Assembly: GCA_004764695.1 (NCBI GenBank) | Contig: SMSO01000035.1 | Coordinates: forward strand, 3,050,040 to 3,114,039 | Direction of reading: 5' to 3' | Origin: Schizochytrium sp. TIO01 | Taxonomy: Eukaryota; Protista; Bigyra: Labyrinthulomycetes | DNA length: 64,000 nt | Shown here: piece after piece, positions 49,023 to 60,050 of the stretch | How positions within the stretch are numbered: the stretch's first letter is position 1 | Layout of the letters: the number at the start of each line of letters is the position of its first letter | The notes under the pieces: generated by a model | What the model was told of the DNA's origin: nothing | Databases searched by the model: none | Seen by the model: the letters and a program-made list of their open reading frames with translations, nothing else | Translations under genes and position numbers: made by a program

Positions 49023-52000
49023 ATGGCGAGGGTCATTGCCGTGCCAGCAGGCTCTGCGACATGGTCGAGCACGGATGTTCTACGCATTGCCGTAGACGGT
49101 CGAGGAGTAATTGGATTTATTGAAGTCGGTGCGACCAGTTCCTTGGCCGATGCTAGACAAAAAATCGTGGCTGAGGTGGACGGCTTGAGTGATACCAACA
49201 TTTTCCAATTCCAGCTGCCTGACGCGGTCCCAATATCTCGCAAACAAGAGGAGTTCATTCTTGCTCGAGACTTTGTTCCAGTTATTCATCTACGTCTGCG
49301 AAACTTGAATCAGCGCACAGGGTCTTCAAGATCATTGACAAATAGTAGTGGAAACACCAACACAACGCCATTTGGAACACCAAGACAAGGGCCCGTAGGT
49401 ACACCAAGACAGGGACCCAGTACTCTATTCAACAATGGCAATACAAATGGCAGTGTTGGTGCGTCATCGAACGGGCAACACATTTTAGGAACCACAAGCT
49501 CCTATGTCAGCAGCAAAGTGACAGTCAGCTTTTTGGGGGAAGCTTACCATATTTGGGTTACTACGGGATACACTTTTGCTCAGCTACGCAGGGAGGCCGC
49601 GCGCTATTGGAGCTTCGCGCCTGAACATGTGGTTCTGATGGACGAAGATGGCTGCGCATGGCCAGACTCAGGTATTGTGAGCTCAGTCCTTGAAACTGGT
49701 ATGCTTGACCGCAGAGAGATTCTGCTGGTACGAAAACCAGGATCTGGTTTCCACGATCTTAATCATGTTGAGACTTCCCAGCGAGTTTCCACATTAAGCG
49801 CTGCAAACCAGGCCGAGCTTGACCGTCTACGCAGTTCTCGTCCAAACAATGTCATTACCACGAACAATTTGGGACAACAACATGCATCAACACCTCGCGT
49901 GCAACGATCACTTGCTAGTGGGCCAATAGCTGGAGGTCCCGCTAACCTCACATCAGCGTCCACACCCAAAGCAAAAGCACAAGATGTTACAGCAAGTGCT
50001 ATTATGCAAGAAATTTCGACACTGCAGCAAAAACAACAACGGCAGGAGAAAGCAAACACGGAATCTGAAACTCCCAAAGTTGATGCTTTAGTTCATCTAA
50101 ACGGGAGTGTAACGCTTACTGGGGGGTCAACGGAGGGTGATGAAGAAGATGACCGGGTGTCAGTTGTTAACGGTGCGCAAGAACTTTGCCTTGAAGCAGA
50201 TGATGAAGCTAATCCCTTCACTCTAGATTGCAATACTCCAAAGTCTAGTGCTGCAATGACAACAATTGCATCAACAAATCACCAGGACACATCTGTTGTA
50301 AAAGTCGTAGTCGAGCGCTATGCTGATCTTTGGCGAGCTTTCACATACTATTGTACACAGATAGACTCAAACAGACCCTTCAGTATGGACCGTCGCGGGT
50401 TCTTTGGAGTCCTCCAGGATTGTCAACTTGTCGACGATCAGTCCTTCTCTCCGGCAAAGCTCAACTTAATTTTCACGGCATCCTGCAAAAATGGAAAACA
50501 GAGCAACCGTATGTACTTTGAAGATTTCCTGGAGGCACTAATGAAAATCACAAGAAAAATCAAAGATAAACAGACAGGCCGTAAGCAGCCTAGTTCTCCG
50601 CAACATCGACCAATGTCAACTACAGAGAGGATCCAGGAGGAGCGCTCAGTTTTGACAAACTTCGTACGACTTTTAATGCAAATTATTTTGCCAAGGGCCG
50701 CCACTTGGAATGTGCATAAGTGGGATATGCATTCGCGATTGGCAGATAGACCTGAGGTTCTTGAAACCTTGCAGACATTTGCAAAGCCAATGTATGAAAT
50801 TTTTAGCTTTTACGCCCCGGCGGTGCACTCCAACAAGCTTGACATGGAAACAGATGCATGTTTCTATTGGAATACATTTTCGGCATTTGCTCTTGATTTT
50901 CAATTTGCTGAACTTAATATTCGTCCATTCTTGGCCGAAATTTACGTGTGTTCTGCCCATCATTTGCCCCTGCCTTACAAAGGAAAGCCGTCCTCCTCAC
51001 AAGGAGCCCGCTTGGTCATGCATACTGGGGCAGATACTGCCGAGTATACCCTTGATCATGACCGAGCTAATTCGCCGTTTAAGCATCACCGGCAACATGC
51101 AAAGGCTCTTGAACCACTCGTGAAAGATGGCTATCTACTTCAACACGCTACAGGGGAACCCATTTGGGAACGCCCTATTCTGCAATTTGGTCAATTTCTC
51201 GCTGCACTATTGCGTGTGGCGTGGTATGCCTTTCCTGATCTTGCCAACAGTCGCAATCCGGAGCTTGCCGTCAAAGCACTTATGCAGCATTTTTCGAAAT
51301 GTTTACGGAAGTCATACGTTGTTTCTCTACTTGAAAAGCGTCAGAATGTAAGTCGCTACCCGATCGGGCTACTCCAAGGAACCGAGATGCTCTATAAGCG
51401 CTATATGGATATGTGGAAGCGTGATGGGCAACCAGACTATCTCTTACAAGACTCTCCGGAAGCAGAGGACCTGCAAGGTTTCGGCTTTGTAACACATAGT
51501 CCTCTCGCAAGTCCTTACACTGCTATGGATTTGGCCTCACCGCATACTCTAACTTGTACGCCTGCCCCGCGTCGACGGAGTCAAAGCACAGGGTCGCGTA
51601 CGTCCGGAAGCCGCAAATCGCATGAGAATTTCTCTGTTGGCGATGGCAGACGCATATTGGAGGAGCTTCTTGCTGCTGAAGAAGCTCGCACAGCAGGTGG
51701 AAACCCCAACGGGCCAGCAATATCTGCTTTACTTGGTCTCCAACCACCAAAGTCATCGACACAAAGCCGGACTGGATTTGGTTTGTTCGAAGGTGTTGAG
51801 GATGCTGACGTTATCCAGCAAAGACTAGAAGGATTTCTTCATGATGACGATGCTCAGTTATATGACGAGCCGCTGGACTCTACCACGCGCAACTTGAATG
51901 GTGAAAACAGCAGTGTCATGGGCGGTAACACTGCAAGTGGGCCTGCTAGCCTGAATGGTAACTCTAGTATTCTAGACGGTGACTTGAAGAATTTCGATCA

Positions 52001-52862
52001 AGCTAGCTTTGGAGACGGAGACACTGTGGGTGGGCCTGGATCGCCTCGATTTTCTCTGGGCTCTCAAAGTCCAACAGATGTGCATCTCAAGACCATTGAT
52101 GGACTTGACACGGTGTCTGAAGCCTCAAAGTCAATCCATAGTACAGCTGCCAATTACAATAATAATAATATGGCGTATGACAGCGATCATTCGCTCTCTG
52201 AGACAGAAGAGAAACTTCGCTCTGTTTCCGACAATGATACATCTGGAGAGGACGATATGTCCTCTACGCGAGCAAGACCGACGACAAAACGAAAAGGAGA
52301 GTCTAACAGTTCCAACCGTCTGCAAGAGATTCTGCAAAATGAAAATGGATCACTCACGCTCCAGTCCGTGGACTTGCTTGGCCGAGTCAGTCAGCCTACA
52401 TACGAACTTTTATGCCAAGGTGGTGTTTTCCTCAAGCATGGGCGCAGAGGATACCCACACCGTCGTTTTGTTTGGTGTGATGAGCGTTTACAAAATGTTT
52501 ATTGGTGTTCAGTGGACCGCAAGCCTACAAAGAATGGACCGCGCACAAAGGCTCGGTCAATGTCAATTTTTGAGATTGCCAAAGTTTCATCTGGACTTGA
52601 GACAGATCGGTTGCAGAGGCTCTTAAAGCATAGTACGGCTTGGAACTTCCGGCATCGCAGCCGAGCTGGGTCTACAGATAGTAGTATTGATGTGAAACGC
52701 GTACTTTGCTTTTCGCTGCATGGAAAGGATCGAACCTTAGATCTTGAAGCTGACAGCGAGGACTTGCGAAAGGAGTGGATTGAAGCATTTGAAGAGATTC
52801 TCACTCTCAAAAAGAGAACCGCAATTGTGCATAGTGACGATGACGAAGAACCTGATGTTTGA
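49023..52862 (+). CDS. Multidomain protein: N-terminal ubiquitin-like folds, central EF-hand/p25alpha-like helical repeats, C-terminal PH domain
   Basis: ATG at 49023, about 1279 aa. The C-terminal GGVFLKHGRRGYPHRRFVWCD...FSLHGKDRTLDLEADSEDLRKEWIEAF is a PH domain. The central WRAFTYYC...MDRRGF...LQDCQLVD...LNLIF...MYFEDFLEALMKI resembles the p25alpha/EF-hand-like fold. Confidence 0.8.
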   Translation: MARVIAVPAGSATWSSTDVLRIAVDGRGVIGFIEVGATSSLADARQKIVAEVDGLSDTNIFQFQLPDAVPISRKQEEFILARDFVPVIHLRLRNLNQRTGSSRSLTNSSGNTNTTPFGTPRQGPVGTPRQGPSTLFNNGNTNGSVGASSNGQHILGTTSSYVSSKVTVSFLGEAYHIWVTTGYTFAQLRREAARYWSFAPEHVVLMDEDGCAWPDSGIVSSVLETGMLDRREILLVRKPGSGFHDLNHVETSQRVSTLSAANQAELDRLRSSRPNNVITTNNLGQQHASTPRVQRSLASGPIAGGPANLTSASTPKAKAQDVTASAIMQEISTLQQKQQRQEKANTESETPKVDALVHLNGSVTLTGGSTEGDEEDDRVSVVNGAQELCLEADDEANPFTLDCNTPKSSAAMTTIASTNHQDTSVVKVVVERYADLWRAFTYYCTQIDSNRPFSMDRRGFFGVLQDCQLVDDQSFSPAKLNLIFTASCKNGKQSNRMYFEDFLEALMKITRKIKDKQTGRKQPSSPQHRPMSTTERIQEERSVLTNFVRLLMQIILPRAATWNVHKWDMHSRLADRPEVLETLQTFAKPMYEIFSFYAPAVHSNKLDMETDACFYWNTFSAFALDFQFAELNIRPFLAEIYVCSAHHLPLPYKGKPSSSQGARLVMHTGADTAEYTLDHDRANSPFKHHRQHAKALEPLVKDGYLLQHATGEPIWERPILQFGQFLAALLRVAWYAFPDLANSRNPELAVKALMQHFSKCLRKSYVVSLLEKRQNVSRYPIGLLQGTEMLYKRYMDMWKRDGQPDYLLQDSPEAEDLQGFGFVTHSPLASPYTAMDLASPHTLTCTPAPRRRSQSTGSRTSGSRKSHENFSVGDGRRILEELLAAEEARTAGGNPNGPAISALLGLQPPKSSTQSRTGFGLFEGVEDADVIQQRLEGFLHDDDAQLYDEPLDSTTRNLNGENSSVMGGNTASGPASLNGNSSILDGDLKNFDQASFGDGDTVGGPGSPRFSLGSQSPTDVHLKTIDGLDTVSEASKSIHSTAANYNNNNMAYDSDHSLSETEEKLRSVSDNDTSGEDDMSSTRARPTTKRKGESNSSNRLQEILQNENGSLTLQSVDLLGRVSQPTYELLCQGGVFLKHGRRGYPHRRFVWCDERLQNVYWCSVDRKPTKNGPRTKARSMSIFEIAKVSSGLETDRLQRLLKHSTAWNFRHRSRAGSTDSSIDVKRVLCFSLHGKDRTLDLEADSEDLRKEWIEAFEEILTLKKRTAIVHSDDDEEPDV

Positions 52863-53524
52863 TTAACATTTATAAAACTATAATAAGTTTGACGCTCGGG
52901 AAGAGTCGTGAAATACAAACCAGTCCATGAAGATATTTATCTCCTGCCCGTTTATTCTTCACTGGTTCTATTCTTTTCTCTTTTTTTTTTTTTAAATGAA
53001 GAAGGAACCCGTAGCATGAAGAATGAAAGAATTAATATATTTTCTTATTATCCCGGTTACGTAAAGGCTATGATATGACATTCCAAAGATCAAGAAAGTA
53101 CATGTTTCCATTCCTTTAATTACCAGTGCACATCCAATCTATTATAAAAATGCAAAATGCATGAAAACATCTCTGGTTGTTTGTATTTCCAATTCAAATC
53201 GTATACCTTGTTCAAAAGGCCAAAAACATAATTACTTTGGAAGATTCGCTTTAATGATAGATAAAACATGATTGCAATCTTTGTACACCGTTAGTCTTAG
53301 GTCTTAGACATATCGATTCAAGTACATTGAGTTGAATTAATTGTGATAGCCCAGGACTTCCAGAGAAATGAAGGGATGTTTCTCTATTTTGCAAGTATTA
53401 AACTTTGACGGATAATATAATTTTTTCAAACTTTTCGACATAAAGATGAACGCAATAAATACCTTGATGGTGAAAATATTGCTTTGAAAAAAACAAAACG
53501 AAAAAAAATGGCTCAGAGATATGA

Positions 53525-56500
53525 TTAGCAGAGTTCGGGTAGATGTGCATCGCTCGCGCAAATATGAGCTAAGTCAAAGCGAAGGCGATCTTCTTCTGGC
53601 ATATCGATAAGGCCTTTCGTTAATATATTTTCTCGGAAGAAAGCGCCAAGGTCACGTTCTAAAAATTGCGGCTGATCTTTATGTGTTGGCCTATGATTTA
53701 GCCCCATTTGTGTCCTGGCATCTTTTAGAATTAACCTCGAGGCCTTTGACGCTTTTTCTCGAGCAGCTGCCTCGCAAGCTAGGAACTCAGCTCTTATTTC
53801 TGGACGCTGTAATAAAGATTCATAAAATGCTCTTGTCCATTGATCTTGCGCTTGAAGAATAGTTTCTACAGGCGCGAAATTATCAACTGCCTTTACTTCG
53901 CGTTGAGCTTTACTTCCTTGCATTCCTGATGGCCTTTCTTCAAACTGCGCGAGTCTTGCATTTTGAAGTTGCCTCAAGGTTTCTATAGTATAAAGCCCTG
54001 GCGGGGCTCGATTCAGTAACAACTGGAAGCGTTTAGTGTCAAGTTTAGATGGCTCTACCGCAGGAGCCATGCTCAAGAGCTCCGTCACAGCATGCTTAGC
54101 AGCAATAGCTAAATCAGTGATATGGTCTGGTGCCTCACCATTTTGCTGTACAACCATTGTGTGCTTGCCAAGTTTAATTGTGTGCAAGCTACTTTGCAAG
54201 ACAAACAGATCAGGCAGCAGAGATCGCATCGCGCGATATTGTGACCTGTAGCCTTGAATCTTATTTTGCACTCCCCGGTGCTGATGAAAATTCTTTTGCT
54301 TTGGCTCCTCAAGTACATGATTGTGCTTTTCGAGCTGTTGCGCTATCTTACCGATTACGCCCAGAAAAAATACCATTCCTTCAGAAGGTACAAAAACATC
54401 ATTTCCGGCAAACTCTTGCGCTAAAGCACAATGTTTTTGCACTACCTGAACAATAGTTTCGATACATTCAAGGTTATCAAGAACTCGCTTTGCAGTCTGA
54501 TTCGAAAGCAAGTTAAATAGAACACCGGCTAAAGATAGCTGTAAAGACCTCGTCTCATCCGAAAAGGGGGCTCCTCCCAGTGCGTGAAGTACTGCATTCG
54601 GAATAGATGCTAGTCTTCTCAAAGATGAAAGCACATTGCAAAAGTCTTCTGATCCCTGTGACAAGTGAAGTAAAGTCAGTGCAGCAAACATATGCTGCTC
54701 TGGGCGTGTTTTGGTCTCTGTATCTGTCTCTTTAGCGGCTGCGCGAGGTGTTGGAGATCTTACAGACAGTGGAGCTTCGAGTTGCGTAATATCGGAAGGC
54801 GACCCTGGCGGCGTTGGTCTCCGACTGGGTACCTCAATAAATAAAGAATGGATAAGACAATTGGCGATGTTTCTGCACTGATTTGGTTCCTGAAGACTAG
54901 GCACAAGAATAAGGTTAATCTTACTGAAACGCAAACTTCTGAACAAGATGAAAAGTAGGTTTCGATTGGTAGACAAGTCCCGTGAAAAAGACTCTTCTTG
55001 GATCAAAGCAAGACCAATATCTATCAGCTCACGAATAATTCTGGAGGAGCCTGCTTGCGCAAATTCACTAGTATTTGCAAGATGTGCAATCCAGTGAATT
55101 ATAGCATACATTCCACCAATAAGGGTATCTTCAAGAGAGGGAACATGATACTTCAAAGCATCGGTACCTTGAAAGAGCTCTACTCGAGTAAGAAGGGCAC
55201 GGGCCAGCGTCTCGATGTTTGATAGTGTTGCAGAACGCTCCATAATCTCATTGTACCGAGTCGAAGCGCTCTCTAGTTCAAGGACATGTACACTTAGCTG
55301 ATAGAGACTTGCTTCTGATTGCAAGCGTTGAGCACGTGCATCTAGGGCCCCAGTGGCAAGGTCATCCACTGAGGCAATCTCGTTACTAGCTTTGCTCTGT
55401 GGTTCTTTGCAAAGTTCAAAAAGTACTAGACAAATATCCGTGCTAGCAGCACGTAGAGCTGGATATGTGCTTGTGGCAATTTCTTGATACTGTGTGTTTG
55501 ATATTTGCAGTTGTGCAACTTTAGCGGTTGAAAGGCACATGAGTTCTGTAGAACTATATATAAATTGCAGTAATATAGATACGTCAGGTTGCTCGAGATC
55601 GAGTTGAGGCGTCACGACACCAAGAAGACCTCCTCGAAGTAAACACTTACACCATTGAATTGCATCAGAGCGCTCCTTGACGAATAGTTCCTGAAAAAGA
55701 TAGTCAAACATGACCCAACAAAGGCTACGGTCTTGAACCACCTTGGCAATGTCCACAATGATTGGCGTAACGACTTCTTCCAAAATTTCTGTTGACAATG
55801 ATCCAATTCGGTCGATAATTCGAGCTGTAATGTCATATGCGTCACTATCAAGGCCAGGCTGACGAGCAAGAAGCTCGTATAATTGTGGTATGAGTTCTCT
55901 TATAACATTTGCTGGGTGCTGGAGCTGATGACTCTTTACCATAAGTTGTTCGCAAAGTCTGAGAAGCGCAGGTACCTTGTTTGAACTCACTGGCTCTAGA
56001 GAGATCGTCCGTGCATGATACGAACTTGTTAAAGCCGGCGTCATTGGTAAAGTATCAGGTTGGCGTTGGAGCAGGAACACGGCTTGAACTATTTCATGGG
56101 CGCTCACACAAGGGTAAAAATTGCGGCTCGTTCCTTGTAAAAGTTCTAAAAAGGACTCGCTGGGTAGGTTCGAGTTATTGATAAGACTTGCATTTTTTCG
56201 CCAGAGTTGCTCGACGCGCAGAAGATGAAGCCAAAAGTGAGCTGCAGCATTTTCTCGCAACGCAGGGTCTCTCATAGTGCGAGCTTTCAGCTGGTACAGC
56301 CTTGCATCTATCCCTTCAAGGCCTTCCACGCGAGCCAGGCCCTGTGCATTTGCTGCTGTACCATGTGCATCTGCTACCGTGGCACCTGCCATAAGTAAAG
56401 CGTCAGTATCGATGGCAAGTGTGGCCTTGACAAAATCTAGAAAGGCAGATACGTTGGGATTCATAGAGCGACCGTTGCTCCCTGGTCCCGCCTCGGTTGC

Positions 56501-57955
56501 GAAGAGCGATCTTGTGTTTCTTTTCTGATTCAGCTGCTTAGTCGTATCCTTATTATAACCTTTGTCATGATTGTCATGATTGTTATCCTCGCCATTCGTA
56601 TTCCCCACTTGCTCTTGTCTCGCATGTTCACTTGGATCATTTACTTCAGCATATCTATTCGGCTCTTTCAGGCCCGCATGTTCTAAGTCTTCGCGCCTCT
56701 GCAGCTCAATGTCATCGCGAGTGAGAAGTTCGTCAAGCGCAGGCCCCAGCTCGGTGTTGAGAATCTTAAGGAGTGCTTCTGCCAAGTCTCGCGAGACTGT
56801 AGATCCCGAAGTAAAGGCAACATCGACTCCACTTGCAGCAATTCTCGCGAGCGCAAGTGCTGCGGCATCAACCTGCTGAGGGTATTTGTTGAACCCGAGC
56901 TGAGCGGCTCGAAACGCTAGCGCTGAGATGTAGCCTCCCTCCGCACGAGCTGCGAGCACTTCGACGGCATGTCTTTCCTGGGTTATTGCAGCGCAGAATT
57001 GCATCAAACAAAGGTCGGCCCGCTCCCGCACCCTGAGCGCCTCTGGCCCAGAGTCAAATCGAGTTCGGCAGGCACGGTCCACAGTTTGGAATGCAAAGTC
57101 GAAATTGTCAGCGGTGGCCAGGATCTCGCGCACAGCTTTGCTGCATTTCACGAGTGTGGCCATCACTGAGAGCCACGCAAGGGCCACGTACAGCCAGGCT
57201 TGCGCATGGAGAGGATCTTCATGAGGGGAGGATGGTGTGGCTTGAGCAATGGCTGCAGCTCCCCAACGTGCTGCGATGAAGGGAAACGATCCAAGGCGAG
57301 CAACATCGGTGAGGAAAGTTTCGAGGATGGGCGTGTTGCTAGAGAGCAGGGTGTCGATAGCTTCGACAGCAGGTCGTATCATGGCATGGCTCGTTTGCGC
57401 GGAGATGCGGTCGAAAAGTTTGCAGAGACTTGCCAGAATCGAAACCCGTTGAAGCATTACCGGCTGCTGCTTAACATCTTCGGCGAACTTCTCGAAGAGT
57501 TCAATTCTTTGCTTAGAGCGCAATATTGAGAATTCTGTAACATCGAACTTGCTACAGTAATAAATTTCAAGGTCACGATTGGCATGGAGGCTCTGGTTGC
57601 TATCGCTGTGTAGACTGCCAAGCCCAGAGCGGATAGAGACCTCTGAGGCAGAGTTGGACATTTGCCGTTTGAACCTGCGCAGAATATTGCGACGCCCACC
57701 CATGCTGACAGACGCCGCGTTTTGTGGATGATCTGACTCCGCTGCGATCGATGATGTGGAGCTACCCTTATGGTCTGCATCGGCTTCGTCATCATCCTCA
57801 TCGCTGTCACTTCTTCTTCGTGACAACGCAGTTGTGCCGTGATATTTGGTGCTTTGTGTGAGCAAGTCCTGAAGTGCGCCTGAGCGGTCAGGGTGGACGA
57901 TTGCTTGGCTTCTGGAGGCATTGCTCCCGCGTCTAGCACGTGCAAACAAACCCAT
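53525..57955 (-). CDS. Large Leu-rich alpha-helical (ARM/HEAT-like) protein of unknown function
   Basis: About 1476-aa intronless ORF. The first ATG is at 57955 (the track's 57970 start is TTG). Disordered Ser-rich N-terminus followed by long amphipathic helical stretches. No family motif recognised. Confidence 0.8.
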   Translation of the reverse strand: MGLFARARRGSNASRSQAIVHPDRSGALQDLLTQSTKYHGTTALSRRRSDSDEDDDEADADHKGSSTSSIAAESDHPQNAASVSMGGRRNILRRFKRQMSNSASEVSIRSGLGSLHSDSNQSLHANRDLEIYYCSKFDVTEFSILRSKQRIELFEKFAEDVKQQPVMLQRVSILASLCKLFDRISAQTSHAMIRPAVEAIDTLLSSNTPILETFLTDVARLGSFPFIAARWGAAAIAQATPSSPHEDPLHAQAWLYVALAWLSVMATLVKCSKAVREILATADNFDFAFQTVDRACRTRFDSGPEALRVRERADLCLMQFCAAITQERHAVEVLAARAEGGYISALAFRAAQLGFNKYPQQVDAAALALARIAASGVDVAFTSGSTVSRDLAEALLKILNTELGPALDELLTRDDIELQRREDLEHAGLKEPNRYAEVNDPSEHARQEQVGNTNGEDNNHDNHDKGYNKDTTKQLNQKRNTRSLFATEAGPGSNGRSMNPNVSAFLDFVKATLAIDTDALLMAGATVADAHGTAANAQGLARVEGLEGIDARLYQLKARTMRDPALRENAAAHFWLHLLRVEQLWRKNASLINNSNLPSESFLELLQGTSRNFYPCVSAHEIVQAVFLLQRQPDTLPMTPALTSSYHARTISLEPVSSNKVPALLRLCEQLMVKSHQLQHPANVIRELIPQLYELLARQPGLDSDAYDITARIIDRIGSLSTEILEEVVTPIIVDIAKVVQDRSLCWVMFDYLFQELFVKERSDAIQWCKCLLRGGLLGVVTPQLDLEQPDVSILLQFIYSSTELMCLSTAKVAQLQISNTQYQEIATSTYPALRAASTDICLVLFELCKEPQSKASNEIASVDDLATGALDARAQRLQSEASLYQLSVHVLELESASTRYNEIMERSATLSNIETLARALLTRVELFQGTDALKYHVPSLEDTLIGGMYAIIHWIAHLANTSEFAQAGSSRIIRELIDIGLALIQEESFSRDLSTNRNLLFILFRSLRFSKINLILVPSLQEPNQCRNIANCLIHSLFIEVPSRRPTPPGSPSDITQLEAPLSVRSPTPRAAAKETDTETKTRPEQHMFAALTLLHLSQGSEDFCNVLSSLRRLASIPNAVLHALGGAPFSDETRSLQLSLAGVLFNLLSNQTAKRVLDNLECIETIVQVVQKHCALAQEFAGNDVFVPSEGMVFFLGVIGKIAQQLEKHNHVLEEPKQKNFHQHRGVQNKIQGYRSQYRAMRSLLPDLFVLQSSLHTIKLGKHTMVVQQNGEAPDHITDLAIAAKHAVTELLSMAPAVEPSKLDTKRFQLLLNRAPPGLYTIETLRQLQNARLAQFEERPSGMQGSKAQREVKAVDNFAPVETILQAQDQWTRAFYESLLQRPEIRAEFLACEAAAREKASKASRLILKDARTQMGLNHRPTHKDQPQFLERDLGAFFRENILTKGLIDMPEEDRLRFDLAHICASDAHLPELC

Positions 57956-58779
57956 GTCCCCTTTGTTCAATCTTGGGTGGGGATTTCCGCTACGACCTTC
58001 CTTGCATCTCCTTGTCTTTTGATCTCAACTTCAATCTTGATGCGCAGTAAATCAGTGATTTTCTTCACCAACTGATCGCATCCACTCCATATCTCTCTCG
58101 CCAATCCGCTGGTGATCACCCAATGCCTAAACCTAACGTCTTCTCCGCTTTCTTCACGTCACTCCATCATCTTAAACCCTCAAATCTCAGCTCTCAAGAA
58201 GACAGGAATAGGTTAGTAAGTAAAGTACACACCTCCACATTTAGATCTCTGCACTGTCCAAATGAACGAATTCCCAAGGGGGTGTGTACCGGGTCCTCTA
58301 CTTAAGGTGATGTCTCCCTGGATCCCCATAGTATCGAACCAAGTACTTCTTCCCGGCCTCTATCCCGGAGAGGCCCCCAGTTAAGGTGTTCCAAAGTGTT
58401 CTTTCTCTTTCGCCAGTCCTCGGGACACTGGGCAGCAGAGCCTCAGCTGAAGAGGGCTGTGCTTCGATTTCTTGAGAAGAGTGTGATGTGAAGTGAAGAA
58501 CTTCAAGAAAGAAGCGAAGAAGAGAAAATCGAAGGAGGCCTTCTCCAGCTTCTTCTTCTTCTTCTTCTCGTTCCTGAGGATGCTCTCCGCCCTCTTTGCG
58601 GGGCTTTCTCTTCTCTTTCTCGAAGTTCTTGGAGGCCTTCTCCGCATCCCTCGTCTCTCGCTCAGTGACTTGAGTAGGTACATGAACGTTCCAAATGGAA
58701 TAAGAGTGAGTTTGTAAGAAGAAGCAGCAGAAGATAATTCATTCGTTCACTGCTTACGCGCCGAAGAAGTTGATCTTCC

Positions 58780-60050
58780 GTGAAGGTGAGCTGTCAGTTA
58801 GCCTGGAGCTCAGACCGGAAGGTCCTTCCAGCAGTGCTACGGGCCGAGTCTCTGGTGCGTTCTCGGCGCCAGGAGCTTTCCACGGGTCCAGGCCAGCCTG
58901 AGTTTCTTGAGCTCGCATCTCATCCCATCGCAGCTCCACGTCGAAGCTTTTCTAGCGCACGTTTGGTTTTACAGGGCAGCAGACAGGCTGGTCGCGCAGG
59001 ACTAGCCGCCACTGCTAGGCTTTACGGTAGCGGGGGCCCTGCGTGCGCAGGGTTTACGCGGGAGCACGCACTGCTTGCAATCGGCGATGGAGCCCTCCCG
59101 TGCAATCAATCCTTGGCGACCGCGAGGTGGACCCGGAGGGCCTTTCGCCGCCAGCGTTGTTGGCGCCGCCCACGCACCCGCTGCCTGCTGGGTACGCAGC
59201 GGCAGGGTGCCTGCTTTGTGTGTTTGACTCGACTCCAGGAGATCTTCGCGCAGGCGCTTCGTATGCATTTGCTTGCGCTCCACGCCGCCTGTGCCCTGGA
59301 GGCCACGCTCTTGAAGACCTGCCTCTTCGCCGTCGCGAAGGAGGTCGCGAACGAGACTCATCGCGCTGCGTTCGGCACGGCGCTCAGTCACAAAACGAGC
59401 GGGCCGGGCTCGAGTTGCGCTGCCCAAAGCTCTGCAAGAAGTCGCCCGGACCAACTCGGGCTGAAGGTTACAAACCGCAGGCGCCTGCGAGTTCGTGCGG
59501 GCCTGCTCAACTTCGAAGGAAGGGGCGCTAAGCGCTGCACGCACTCCTCCGCGCAGTCTCATGGCGGCTTCGAGGCCTCCCGGAGATCGTCTTGAGCGAG
59601 CGAGCGAGCTTTGTTGGCGAAACTTGCGCGGGCGAGGTACAATTCTGAGCCTCGATGCGCAAACTGGTACGTGCGAACGCGAAGAGTCGAAGAGAATCAG
59701 CCTCGAGACTCAAGTGCAGAGAGAGCGCTGTCGCCCCGTTGCCGGAAATCGCGACGACGATCGTGGCAGACAGCAGGAGCTTGCACATCGAGCTGCCTTA
59801 TATCGAGAAGCCCAACCTCGCGGCGATCCTAAAACAAAGACTGCCTCGAAGACCTCATCTTCAGCTCCGCACCAAGTCTTTCCAAGAGGTCCACGTCATC
59901 TTTCCTGAGGTCCTGTATCCCGCTCTTTCGAGTTTCTCGATCTATCTTCAAGAACCGCCCAAGGTCTTCCTTCCTTCAACGCCCTCGAGGTTCGTCTATT
60001 CTCAAGATATCGTTCAACTTCAGCTCTCAACTTGAGCTTTCCGTCTTCGC
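58780..60050. pseudogene. GC-rich coding-like patch, possible decayed gene; strand unresolved
   Basis: Strong GC3-like periodicity around 59230-59590 and overlapping 186-271-aa ORFs on both strands, but no single coherent frame. Confidence 0.3.

Noticed and set aside
58810-58835. GACC-GGAA-GGTC hairpin reminiscent of SRP RNA helix 8
   Set aside because: Lacks the conserved asymmetric-loop context and any Alu-domain features
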